This document shows, piece after piece, positions 44,841 to 52,663 of a stretch of DNA of 52,663 bases. The stretch's first letter is position 1, and each line of letters begins with the position of its first letter. A program made the translations under genes and the position numbers. The notes beneath the pieces were generated by a model, which was not told the DNA's origin, did no database searches, and saw only the letters and a list, made by a program, of their open reading frames with translations. Source of the DNA: a virus (taxonomy: Duplodnaviria; Caudoviricetes); IMG/VR virus record IMGVR_UViG_3300033153_003470, positions 1-52,663 of that record; one strand, given 5' to 3'.

Positions 44841-46186
44841 GTGAGCTGATTGAAGTGCCGCACTCAATCGAAGCAGAGAGAAGCGTTCTTGGTTCGGTAT
44901 TGATTGACAACGCAGTTTTTGATTCGGTGAGCTTTCTGACCTCTGATGATTTTTACTCAGCTGCGCACAGATCTATTTTTGCTAAAATCTCAGATCACCT
45001 AAACAACGGGAGAGCAGTGGATCCGGTTATTCTGCATGAGAGCTGGGCAGAGATAAATGAGAACGGGGGATTAAGTTATCTGGGCTCCTTGGTTAAAGGC
45101 ACACCAACCACCGCGAACGTAAAAGCCTACGCAGGCATTGTTAAGAAGAAGGCGCGGTTAAGAGGATTGGCAAAAGTGAGCAGCGAGATTTATGCGTTAA
45201 TGGGCAGCGAAGACGTTGATGCCGCGATTGATCAAGCCCAGGCTTTAGTGATGAGTCTCGGAGAAAATCACAAAAAACAAAAAACAATGAAGGAAGCGTT
45301 AGCGAACGTCATAGATAATTTAGAAGAAAGATACAACAACAAAGGCAAGCTGGTAGGACTATCAACTGGGTTTTGCGATATAGATAAACGACTTAACGGG
45401 CTAAATAAATCAAACCTGATTATTTTAGCCGCACGCCCAGCAATGGGTAAAACCACTCTTATGATGAATATCGCTGAGAATGTTGGCATAGATCAGCATT
45501 TACCGGTTGCTATATTTTCTATGGAGATGGCTTTTGAAGAGCTGCTGGATAAATCCGTGTGCTCTATTTCTGGTATAGATTATGGCGAATACAGATCCAA
45601 TGTTGATGAGGAAATTTTACAGAAATCTGTACATGGCTGCAGCAAGCTAATGTCCTCAAATATTATAATCGATGACAGGCCCGCGCTAACCGTCAATCAA
45701 ATACGATCTAAATGCAGAGAAATAAAAAGAACTCAAGGACTTTCTTTAGTTTGTGTTGACTACCTGCAGCTGATGACCGGCAAAGGAGAGAACCGCGTAC
45801 AGGTTATATCTGACATATCGAGAGGGTTAAAAAGCCTTGCCAAAGAGCTTGAGGTGCCCGTTATCGCGCTATCTCAACTTAATCGCTCAGTAGAGCAAAG
45901 ACCAAACAAAAGACCGCAGATGTCCGATTTGCGTGATTCAGGGGCAATTGAACAGGATGCCGATGCTATTTTATTTCTATACCGCGATATCGTTTATGAC
46001 GCAGACTCAAGATGGGAAGGAATTACAGAGATTGAAACGGCCAAGCAGCGCAGTGGCACAGTAGGTAGAAACTACCTATCGGACCAACTTCAATACAGCA
46101 GATTTAAGAATTTTTGTGGCGAACTACCTGACGACGACCGCCAGAACGTATCGAGCATGAAAAATTATTATGGCGGTAAAAAATAA
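44837..46186 (+). CDS. dnaB: Replicative DNA helicase DnaB
   Basis: PHSIEAE.SVLG, AARPAMGKT, DYLQLM, LSQLNR..E.R..KRP..SDLRDSGAIEQDAD. Confidence 0.95.
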   Translation: MSELIEVPHSIEAERSVLGSVLIDNAVFDSVSFLTSDDFYSAAHRSIFAKISDHLNNGRAVDPVILHESWAEINENGGLSYLGSLVKGTPTTANVKAYAGIVKKKARLRGLAKVSSEIYALMGSEDVDAAIDQAQALVMSLGENHKKQKTMKEALANVIDNLEERYNNKGKLVGLSTGFCDIDKRLNGLNKSNLIILAARPAMGKTTLMMNIAENVGIDQHLPVAIFSMEMAFEELLDKSVCSISGIDYGEYRSNVDEEILQKSVHGCSKLMSSNIIIDDRPALTVNQIRSKCREIKRTQGLSLVCVDYLQLMTGKGENRVQVISDISRGLKSLAKELEVPVIALSQLNRSVEQRPNKRPQMSDLRDSGAIEQDADAILFLYRDIVYDADSRWEGITEIETAKQRSGTVGRNYLSDQLQYSRFKNFCGELPDDDRQNVSSMKNYYGGKK

Positions 46187-46344
46187 TGAGCATGAAATCA
46201 GTAGCAGGGCTATTACCTGAGTTTGTTCGGAAGCTGGACGAGAAAGTGGACGGAGGAATACCGGAGCCACATAGAACAGAAATTTTTGGTATTGTTGGGT
46301 TAGACCCAAGTAAAAAAGTAGATAGTAAAGTCGATAAGAGGTAA
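46186..46344 (+). CDS. 52-aa hypothetical protein (not in the ORF track)
   Basis: TAATG-coupled to dnaB; MSMKSVAGLLPEFVRK... Confidence 0.45.
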   Translation: MSMKSVAGLLPEFVRKLDEKVDGGIPEPHRTEIFGIVGLDPSKKVDSKVDKR

Positions 46345-46353
46345 CATAACGCT

Positions 46354-46614
46354 ATGTCAAATTTACTGCCAAAAGGCACACAAATTCTCTGCCCAAGGAA
46401 GCGCCACAAGATCGGCGTATTGAGTAGAGCCATGAAAGCCGGCGAACCGTTAATGGTTAGTCGTATCGATTTTGAAGATGGCCAGGGTACAATCGCTGGA
46501 GAACCCACAGCATGTAAGCTATGCTCAAGCCTGTATTATGTTGGCGGCAAGCTATACACTGCTGATGGATGGCGTCCTAATGCGCCGCAACTCGAACCCG
46601 TAACCAGAAGGTAA
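46354..46614 (+). CDS. Small Cys-containing hypothetical protein
   Basis: SD gagg; CP...H and CKLC. Confidence 0.55.
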   Translation: MSNLLPKGTQILCPRKRHKIGVLSRAMKAGEPLMVSRIDFEDGQGTIAGEPTACKLCSSLYYVGGKLYTADGWRPNAPQLEPVTRR

Positions 46615-46620
46615 ATTATT

Positions 46621-46839
46621 ATGACAATCTCAATCAAGCAACACTTTAAGCATGCGCCTACTCAAGAATCAATTGAGATGAAGCGCGTAATGTCTGCGGT
46701 ACTAGCCGACTCAACAGCACTACGAGAGGCGTTTGTTGCGCTAACAGCAAAGATGGATTTAGATTTCGCTGACGTATCAAATGCCAGCGTTGATTATGCG
46801 TCGTCTGTTGATCCAGCTGCATTAACTTTGGTTGAATAA
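46621..46839 (+). CDS. Small hypothetical protein (LTAK.D.D motif, possibly virion-associated)
   Basis: SD aagg; L..LR..F..LTAKMD.D......DY motif. Confidence 0.55.
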   Translation: MTISIKQHFKHAPTQESIEMKRVMSAVLADSTALREAFVALTAKMDLDFADVSNASVDYASSVDPAALTLVE

Positions 46840-47318
46840 TGAACGAGGCCGACCAACAGAACCACTGTAGCGATGATGAAGAGCTTGCGGTTATGCTGCA
46901 TAAGCTCTTCGTTGTCGAAGGCCATGAGGAAGTTGTAATTCAACACCCTGAAGATGGCGAGCGCGTTGTCACGAAAAAAGAATATCTTGAGCTTCAGGAC
47001 AATCTGAACAAAGCAAGAAACATGAGCCCAGCTGAGCGGATTGTTGAAAGCAAGCGAATAAGAAATATAAAGCAAAAGCAATTCAGAGATGCGATGCTTA
47101 TCGCTGAATGCTATGTGATTGACCTCGATGATGAGGACTCATTTGGATTAGATATCAACGGAACCAAAATTGATATCGAAGGGATGGATTTTGTACCAGT
47201 TAAGGATTACATCTCAGGAATTGAAAAGAAAGAAAATGAAATAGGATGCTACGCAAGTGAAAGCCTGCATAAGCCTCCAGTAAGATTGCTTACGGAAGAC
47301 AGTAAAAAAATACACTAA
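46839..47318 (+). CDS. Hypothetical protein
   Basis: 159-aa ORF coupled to the upstream gene. Confidence 0.55.
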   Translation: MNEADQQNHCSDDEELAVMLHKLFVVEGHEEVVIQHPEDGERVVTKKEYLELQDNLNKARNMSPAERIVESKRIRNIKQKQFRDAMLIAECYVIDLDDEDSFGLDINGTKIDIEGMDFVPVKDYISGIEKKENEIGCYASESLHKPPVRLLTEDSKKIH

Positions 47319-47336
47319 CCCAGGAGAGGCTGCGTT

Positions 47337-47621
47337 ATGATCGATCCAAAAGACCAAGCATTTTTCATCGCAAGCGTGATGGCTAACCGAAAAGAAGCGG
47401 CGCTAAGAGTAGCAATTGATTATTGGTTCGCAGGTAAGCCTTGGGATGAAAACACACTAGAACAAATAGCTGGCGTGCGTATCGATGCAGACGGCACCGA
47501 AACTTTCTACATTGGCGACGATGATCTTATCGAGTTCTCGCCACTCCAAACAAAAATTGATATCGAAGGTGAGCGCGTCATGTGCTTATACAGCCAGCCG
47601 TTCAAAGGATTATTTGAATGA
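47337..47621 (+). CDS. Hypothetical protein
   Basis: SD aggagagg. Confidence 0.55.
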   Translation: MIDPKDQAFFIASVMANRKEAALRVAIDYWFAGKPWDENTLEQIAGVRIDADGTETFYIGDDDLIEFSPLQTKIDIEGERVMCLYSQPFKGLFE

Positions 47622-47824
47622 GCACAACTATCGACAAAACAAAAGAAATCGCAGAAGAAGTAAGAAAGCTATCAGCATCTATTCGCAGATTCCGTGACGG
47701 GCCGTTAAACAACAGATGTATTTTGCTGCTTCTGCGCGATGTCACTGGTTTAGGTATGAATGAGATTGATGCTGTACTTAAGGGCGCCGCAGATCTTGAT
47801 AAGAAATTCTTGAAGGATTCATAA
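47618..47824 (+). CDS. Hypothetical protein
   Basis: Translationally coupled on both sides (ATGA and TAATG). Confidence 0.6.
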   Translation: MSTTIDKTKEIAEEVRKLSASIRRFRDGPLNNRCILLLLRDVTGLGMNEIDAVLKGAADLDKKFLKDS

Positions 47825-48258
47825 TGATCAAACGAATAGTGACAAACAAGGAACAGCTTGCGATCCCCAGCAAAGAAATACATGACCAAGATCTAATCGC
47901 TGAAATTGTACGGGACCTAAAAGATACCGCGCAATACTACGCAGGCACGAAAGCCGGTTGCGTGGGTTTAGCTGCGAACCAGCTGGGCTACTTACACCGC
48001 ATTATCCTTATTCAGCATTCCGGAATATGGATCGCAATGATAAACCCCGCTATCGAAAGAGTAGCTGGCTGTAAAAGCAAGCTTGAGGGTGAAGGCTGTT
48101 TATCGCGCCCTGGCGTTCATAGAAAAATACGCAGAGATAAGAAGATCATTATCCGGTACTGGGATGAAGATGAAGATCTAATTCAAGAAGAAGTTAAGAA
48201 CTTTACAGCAAGAGTTATTGCCCACGAGTGCGACCATCTTGACGGTAAGTTTATATGA
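47824..48258 (+). CDS. def: Peptide deformylase
   Basis: All three motifs present: VGLAANQ, EGCLS and HECDH. Confidence 0.93.
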   Translation: MIKRIVTNKEQLAIPSKEIHDQDLIAEIVRDLKDTAQYYAGTKAGCVGLAANQLGYLHRIILIQHSGIWIAMINPAIERVAGCKSKLEGEGCLSRPGVHRKIRRDKKIIIRYWDEDEDLIQEEVKNFTARVIAHECDHLDGKFI

Positions 48259-48668
48259 GAGCGGTAAAGCCGATAGCCAGCAGACTCGAAGAAAATATTG
48301 AGCGTATCACTGAGTCTGGCTGTTGGTTATGGTTGGGCGCTCCAGATGTAGGTGGTTACGGTAGGTTTTGGGTTAATGGAAGAAGCGAGCAAGCCCACAG
48401 AGTTTCATATAGGTTATTTTTTGGAGAGATACCAAAAGGCTTGCAGCTCGATCATTTATGCAGAGTTAGAGGGTGCGTTAATCCAAGCCATTTAGAACCA
48501 GTAACGCTTGGCGAAAATATTCGTAGAGGCGTAAGCCATAACGGAAACAAAACTCATTGCCCTAGCGGTCATGAGTACACCGAAGAAAATACATACATTT
48601 TCCCTGCCGGCGGCAGAGGGTGCAGAGAATGCAACAGAAAAAACCAAAGAAAAAGGAAAAATAAATAA
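48255..48668 (+). CDS. HNH endonuclease with a C-terminal zinc finger
   Basis: CWLW.G....YG...AHRVSY...LDHLC....CVNP.HLEPVT..EN and KTHC..GH. Confidence 0.88.
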   Translation: MRAVKPIASRLEENIERITESGCWLWLGAPDVGGYGRFWVNGRSEQAHRVSYRLFFGEIPKGLQLDHLCRVRGCVNPSHLEPVTLGENIRRGVSHNGNKTHCPSGHEYTEENTYIFPAGGRGCRECNRKNQRKRKNK

Positions 48669-49126
48669 TGGCAAAATCATTAAACAGATGCGAATTTATT
48701 GGCAACTTAACTAAAGACGTTGAAACTAAGTTTATGCCTAACGGGACCGCTGTTACGCAATTTACAATGGCTTGCAATGATGGCTATAAAGACAAGAATA
48801 GTGGGCAGCAAGTGGATCAGGTTGAATACCCAACCATAGTGGCGTTTGGAAAGCTCGCTGAAATTATGGATAAATATTTAAAGAAAGGATCAAAAGTTTA
48901 TATCGCTGGAAAGTTCAAGAACGAAAAGTGGACCGACAAACAAGGTGAAACAAAATACTTCACAAAGTTTGTCGCCAGTGAAATGTTAATGCTGGACGGT
49001 CGTGCTAGTGGCAGTGGACAGCAATCAGGTCCAACCCCCGCTGCTAGTTCGGGGGACCCGTCTGGCGCCAAACAAGCAGCACCAGCACCTAATGCAGATT
49101 TCGATGACGATATCCCTTTTAATTAA
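48668..49126 (+). CDS. ssb: Single-stranded DNA-binding protein
   Basis: LN....IGNL..D.E, FGKLAE....YLKKGSKVYI.G and a C-terminal DFDDDIPF. Confidence 0.95.
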   Translation: MAKSLNRCEFIGNLTKDVETKFMPNGTAVTQFTMACNDGYKDKNSGQQVDQVEYPTIVAFGKLAEIMDKYLKKGSKVYIAGKFKNEKWTDKQGETKYFTKFVASEMLMLDGRASGSGQQSGPTPAASSGDPSGAKQAAPAPNADFDDDIPFN

Positions 49127-49188
49127 GTCCCTTGTAAGTATTTAATATGCTTGCTACGCTCTTCGGGACGAAAGAATTGGAGAGCAAA

Positions 49189-49605
49189 ATGAAAGAATGC
49201 ATTAAGTGTGGGGATGAAAAAGAATTAGATGAGTTTTACAAGCATAAAGGCATGGTTGATGGTCGGTTAAATAAATGCAAGCCATGCTGCAAAGAAGACT
49301 CAACAAAAAATAGAAACGACAACATAGAGCGTATTCGTGAATATGACCGAAAACGAGGAAACAGACAGACGCCTGAGTATGTGAAGGAATGGAGAGAAAA
49401 ATATCCAAACAAGTACAAGGCCCACAATATGGTTAATAACGCGATAAGAGATGGGAAGTTATTTAGTGAGCCATGCAAGTGCGGGAAAGAAAGTGAGCAC
49501 GCTCACCACGATGATTATTTAAAGCCTCTTAACGTGAGATGGTTATGCGCAGCTTGTCACTCGAAATGGCACGCAGAAAACGGAGAAGCATTAAACGCAT
49601 GTTAG
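49189..49605 (+). CDS. Zinc-finger / HNH-like protein
   Basis: C.KC...K...EFY...CK.C and AHH.DY.KPL.V.WLC..CH. Confidence 0.75.
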   Translation: MKECIKCGDEKELDEFYKHKGMVDGRLNKCKPCCKEDSTKNRNDNIERIREYDRKRGNRQTPEYVKEWREKYPNKYKAHNMVNNAIRDGKLFSEPCKCGKESEHAHHDDYLKPLNVRWLCAACHSKWHAENGEALNAC

Positions 49606-50240
49606 CAACAACTAAACAGCCAGAGCACAACTTTAATTCTGATGATTATTATGAAGTGCTTGGCGCGGATAGAGATAGTTCGCAAGAATATATTCGAGCT
49701 GCTTACCGGAAACTGGCTAATAAGTTTCACCCTGATAAAGAAGAAGGCGACGATGAGCGCTTTAAATTAATTCAAGAAGCATTTGAAATGCTCAGCGATC
49801 CAATTAAGCGCAAGCAATATGATGAGTTTGGCCGGTTCACCGCAGAGCAGGTTAATGAAGTTAAGTCTTATGTTGCGTCGATTGTTGACCAGATCATTAA
49901 TAATGAGCAGGTTGACTTGGCTTACGTTGATGTTGTGGAAACACTGAGAAAGACAACACTGCAGAACGTGCAAACAGCAAAGACTCAGCTGAAGTCTCAA
50001 GAGAGAAAGAAAAAACGCATTGAGAAGAATGAGCACCGGACAAAGAACGATGCCATCTCAGGTGTTTTCAGTAAGCACAAAGGACTGGCAATAAAGAAAA
50101 TTGAGGAACTGAAGAACAACATTAAGATGTTTGAGATATCGCTATCGATGATAGAGAACTATGAGTACATCTTTGATGAGCGCCCACAAGTAACGATAAG
50201 AAGAGATTCCGCTGGGTACATCACCAGCGTAGCCGATTAA
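49599..50240 (+). CDS. DnaJ (J-domain) protein
   Basis: DYYEVLG....I..AYRKLA..FHPDK...F..I.EA.E.LSDP.KR..YD, followed by a coiled coil. Confidence 0.88.
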   Translation: MLATTKQPEHNFNSDDYYEVLGADRDSSQEYIRAAYRKLANKFHPDKEEGDDERFKLIQEAFEMLSDPIKRKQYDEFGRFTAEQVNEVKSYVASIVDQIINNEQVDLAYVDVVETLRKTTLQNVQTAKTQLKSQERKKKRIEKNEHRTKNDAISGVFSKHKGLAIKKIEELKNNIKMFEISLSMIENYEYIFDERPQVTIRRDSAGYITSVAD

Positions 50241-50254
50241 CTGGGGATAGTAAG

Positions 50255-50818
50255 ATGGACACAAAATCACAGCACGTAACAATATCAACAATGAACAGGG
50301 GAACGAACATGCAGCGATATATTGGCACCAAACTAATTAATGCAATACCGATGACTCGGCTTGAATACAATAATTTCCGTGGATGGCTGTTACCTGAAGA
50401 TGAAGAAGCAACCGATGACGGTTATCTGGTTGAGTATCTTGATGGTGGAAAACCCAATACTGACGAATATGATGGTTATGTAAGCTGGTCCCCAAAAGAA
50501 CAATTCGACAACGCATACCGTAGAGTGACCGAGTGTAGTTTCGGGCTTGCTGTTGAAGCAATGAAGAACGGCATGAAAGCAGCGCGAACCGGCTGGAACG
50601 GTAAAGGCATGTTCTGCATTTATGTGCCTGGCACAAAAGAAGCTAAGCTAAGAGAGGGCACACCTTATGCGCTGGCATTACCGAACATGGAGACAATTGA
50701 TATTTTGCCTCATTTTGATATGTACACGGTAAACGCTCAAGGCCGGCGTGCAATGTTACCTGGCTGGTTAGCATTACAGTCAGATATCGATGCAGACGAT
50801 TGGATTATTTATAAGTAA
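50255..50818 (+). CDS. DUF2829 (Tad2-like) protein with an extra N-terminal domain
   Basis: N-terminal YIGTK...GYLVEY...YVSWSPKEQF..AY; C-terminal FG.A.EA.K.G..AR.GWNGKGMF...PGW...Q.D..A.DW. Alternative start at 50309. Confidence 0.8.
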   Translation: MDTKSQHVTISTMNRGTNMQRYIGTKLINAIPMTRLEYNNFRGWLLPEDEEATDDGYLVEYLDGGKPNTDEYDGYVSWSPKEQFDNAYRRVTECSFGLAVEAMKNGMKAARTGWNGKGMFCIYVPGTKEAKLREGTPYALALPNMETIDILPHFDMYTVNAQGRRAMLPGWLALQSDIDADDWIIYK

Positions 50819-50874
50819 ATCACCCCCCCCCAGCCAAGGATGGCATCATTTAGGAACCAGTGAGGTAACGAGAG

Positions 50875-51231
50875 ATGACAGGAAATCCACCAAGATATGA
50901 TCCGCCGCCACCAGTGGGGCTTTTCACAATAAAGCACCGCAAGCCAGTACCTTGTGATGATTTGCTTAAGTGGGGTATGTGGATGGAGAAAGCCAACATA
51001 AAGGCAAAAAGAAAAGTAAGAAGAACACACCTTAAAGGGTGTTATGTATCAACCGTATTTTTAGGCATAGATCATAATCACACAATGAATGGACCGCCTG
51101 TATTGTTTGAAACAATGGTCTTCTCTGGTGAAGGCTGGCTGGATATACAGGAACGCTGCTCAACATGGCGACAAGCGCTGAAGCAGCACTGGAACGTAGT
51201 GAGCACTGTTAAAGCGGGGAGCTTACAATGA
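50875..51231 (+). CDS. Conserved hypothetical phage protein
   Basis: VSTVFLG.DH.....P.LFETMVF; leader aaccagtgaggt. Confidence 0.7.
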   Translation: MTGNPPRYDPPPPVGLFTIKHRKPVPCDDLLKWGMWMEKANIKAKRKVRRTHLKGCYVSTVFLGIDHNHTMNGPPVLFETMVFSGEGWLDIQERCSTWRQALKQHWNVVSTVKAGSLQ

Positions 51232-51611
51232 ATGCGAAAAAACTGAATAAGCTTATAGAAGAAGAAAACGTAAAGTGGCCAGAGAAACTAAAGCAGGTAC
51301 CGGAAGAAAGCTGGCCAACATCAAAACCAAAAAGCTTAATCGAAGTGTGGCGCTCCCGTGGATTCTTGGTCCAGATATATCAAGAGGTTAATGTTAAACG
51401 AATGTCAGTATGCCGGACTGCAGTAAAAACAGACGGTAAGTGGGCAGAGGAAATTACTTGGGTAGAACTGCAGGAACTTAAAAGCCAGTGCGGATACGGT
51501 AAAAAAACAGCAACCGAGGTATACCCACCGGACAGCGATGTAGTAAACGTGGCAAATATGCGCCACTTATGGATATTGGATGAACCACCTCACTATATGT
51601 GGAAAGGCTAA
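51228..51611 (+). CDS. Conserved hypothetical phage protein
   Basis: ITW.ELQ..K...G......EVYP.....VN.ANMRHLW. Confidence 0.7.
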   Translation: MNAKKLNKLIEEENVKWPEKLKQVPEESWPTSKPKSLIEVWRSRGFLVQIYQEVNVKRMSVCRTAVKTDGKWAEEITWVELQELKSQCGYGKKTATEVYPPDSDVVNVANMRHLWILDEPPHYMWKG

Positions 51612-51973
51612 TGAAAAGACGAGCGTTCTTAAAAACAATTGGTGGGTTAGCAGCTGCGACAGCATTACCAGTATTGGCATGCCCAAAGCTGCCCAAGACA
51701 AAAGATACTTTTATTGCTTGGCCAGAGGATATGAAGGTAGGCAATATCCTAACAACAGATTCAATCGAGCTAACGTCAAACCCGTATGGATATGAAGTAG
51801 GGGATTTCATTGTTCTTAATCGTGATGAGGACACCTACAAAATTACTCATATCGATCCGCTGGACGTATATATCGACTTAGCAAAGCCAGGTGAAGACAA
51901 AACCGTGGTGAGAACAATCTTTAATAAGGATTGGCAGAAATACATTAAATACAGTACACGACGCAGAACGTAA
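51611..51973 (+). CDS. Protein with a twin-arginine (Tat)-like signal peptide
   Basis: MKRRAFLK followed by hydrophobic TIGGLAAATALPVLA. Confidence 0.65.
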   Translation: MKRRAFLKTIGGLAAATALPVLACPKLPKTKDTFIAWPEDMKVGNILTTDSIELTSNPYGYEVGDFIVLNRDEDTYKITHIDPLDVYIDLAKPGEDKTVVRTIFNKDWQKYIKYSTRRRT

Positions 51974-52008
51974 ATAACGCCGCTCAATGAGCCGCAAGGA
52001 GAACAAAG

Positions 52009-52476
52009 ATGGATAACAAAACAAAACAAGCAGAACAAGAACTAGGTGAAGGTGATGCAGTAATTCAGGAAAGCACTCAGGCTGAAGGGCAAGAAGCTAG
52101 CCCTGAAAAAGAACGCAAGCTTGATGAAGAAACAGAGCATTCATTCTCGAATGCGCCAGCTGACTTCGATAAAGAAGAGATATGTGTTGATGGCGGCAAG
52201 ATAGATAAAATTCTTGAGCAGCTATACGAAGCCTGTAAAGAAGAAAACATACCGTGCCTTGCATTTGTTAATTACGGATTAAAAGAAAAATCAGACTCAC
52301 AGGAAATTGCAGTACGTGGGCTTCAAGTATCGATTGACGGTTGGATGCCTCCAATATTCAAAGCGGTTATGGCAGTAACAGAAAACCAAGAGCTAATGGA
52401 TTTAATCTCGCGTATCACTCGGGACCCAATGATATTAATGTTTATGAAGATGATGTCAGCAGAGAGAGCGAAATGA
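52009..52476 (+). CDS. Hypothetical protein with an acidic N-terminus
   Basis: SD aaggag; 155 aa. Confidence 0.6.
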   Translation: MDNKTKQAEQELGEGDAVIQESTQAEGQEASPEKERKLDEETEHSFSNAPADFDKEEICVDGGKIDKILEQLYEACKEENIPCLAFVNYGLKEKSDSQEIAVRGLQVSIDGWMPPIFKAVMAVTENQELMDLISRITRDPMILMFMKMMSAERAK

Positions 52477-52652
52477 GAAATACAATATTAGTGGAATTAT
52501 CAAACCGATGGACCGCTGACGCAAACGATCCTGGCGAACCGCATGAGGCTTTTAATTCTGAAGTAGAAGCAGCAAAAGCAAAAGCTATACGAGAAACAAA
52601 GCGTGAGTGCGCAGATACCCTGTTATCACTAATGCAAGTATTGCCAGATTAA
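52473..52652 (+). CDS. Hypothetical protein
   Basis: ATGA-coupled start at MRNTIL; ECAD.L motif. Confidence 0.55.
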   Translation: MRNTILVELSNRWTADANDPGEPHEAFNSEVEAAKAKAIRETKRECADTLLSLMQVLPD

Positions 52653-52663
52653 TAACGCCGCCT

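Noticed and set aside
18919-49605. Multiple HNH genes as group I intron-encoded or as a novel system
   Set aside because: They are free-standing between intact, translationally coupled genes with no room for intron structure, which is common in phages.
50823-50831. C9 homopolymer as a phase-variation tract
   Set aside because: It is intergenic and not clearly within a promoter spacer, and a single sequence gives no evidence of length variation.
1-52663. tRNA or rRNA genes, integrase/att site, CI repressor, alternative genetic code
   Set aside because: None were recognised. Genes are full length and tightly packed under the standard code. Lifestyle cannot be settled because part of the genome (terminase, portal) lies outside the window.

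Overview
The whole window is part of a tailed dsDNA phage genome, podovirus-like with an N4-gp56-type capsid. The host is probably a gammaproteobacterium, inferred from the CsrA, DnaB and sigma70-type promoters. It has three blocks. (1) 1-32506 (+): capsid 3' end, adaptor, nozzle, tail fibre, three paralogous beta-propeller proteins, ejection proteins, two giant polyvalent proteins (2105 and 1882 aa) separated by a block of beta-rich genes, and a lysis cassette. (2) 32503-43645 (-): an early/recombination arm (ERF, YqaJ, NinB, CsrA, small alarmone hydrolase, VRR-NUC, PAPS-reductase-like) with six near-identical promoters carrying a palindromic spacer. (3) 43689-end (+): Cro-like HTH, initiator, DnaB, peptide deformylase, SSB, DnaJ, a Tad2-like protein and a Tat-signal protein. 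No terminase, portal, integrase, CI, tRNA or CRISPR array is visible. The most interesting signal is a RelA/SpoT synthetase-like domain in the 1882-aa protein that is followed at once by a 72-aa acidic gene with its own Shine-Dalgarno (SD), nested antisense inside the same ORF. A Mesh1/Aph1-like hydrolase sits about 9 kb away under its own early promoter. Together these suggest an injected alarmone toxin, a hidden overlapping immunity gene and a hydrolase. A second nested small ORF (+1 frame) follows the ParB-like domain of the 2105-aa protein. All family calls come from recognising motifs by eye; no database searches were run.
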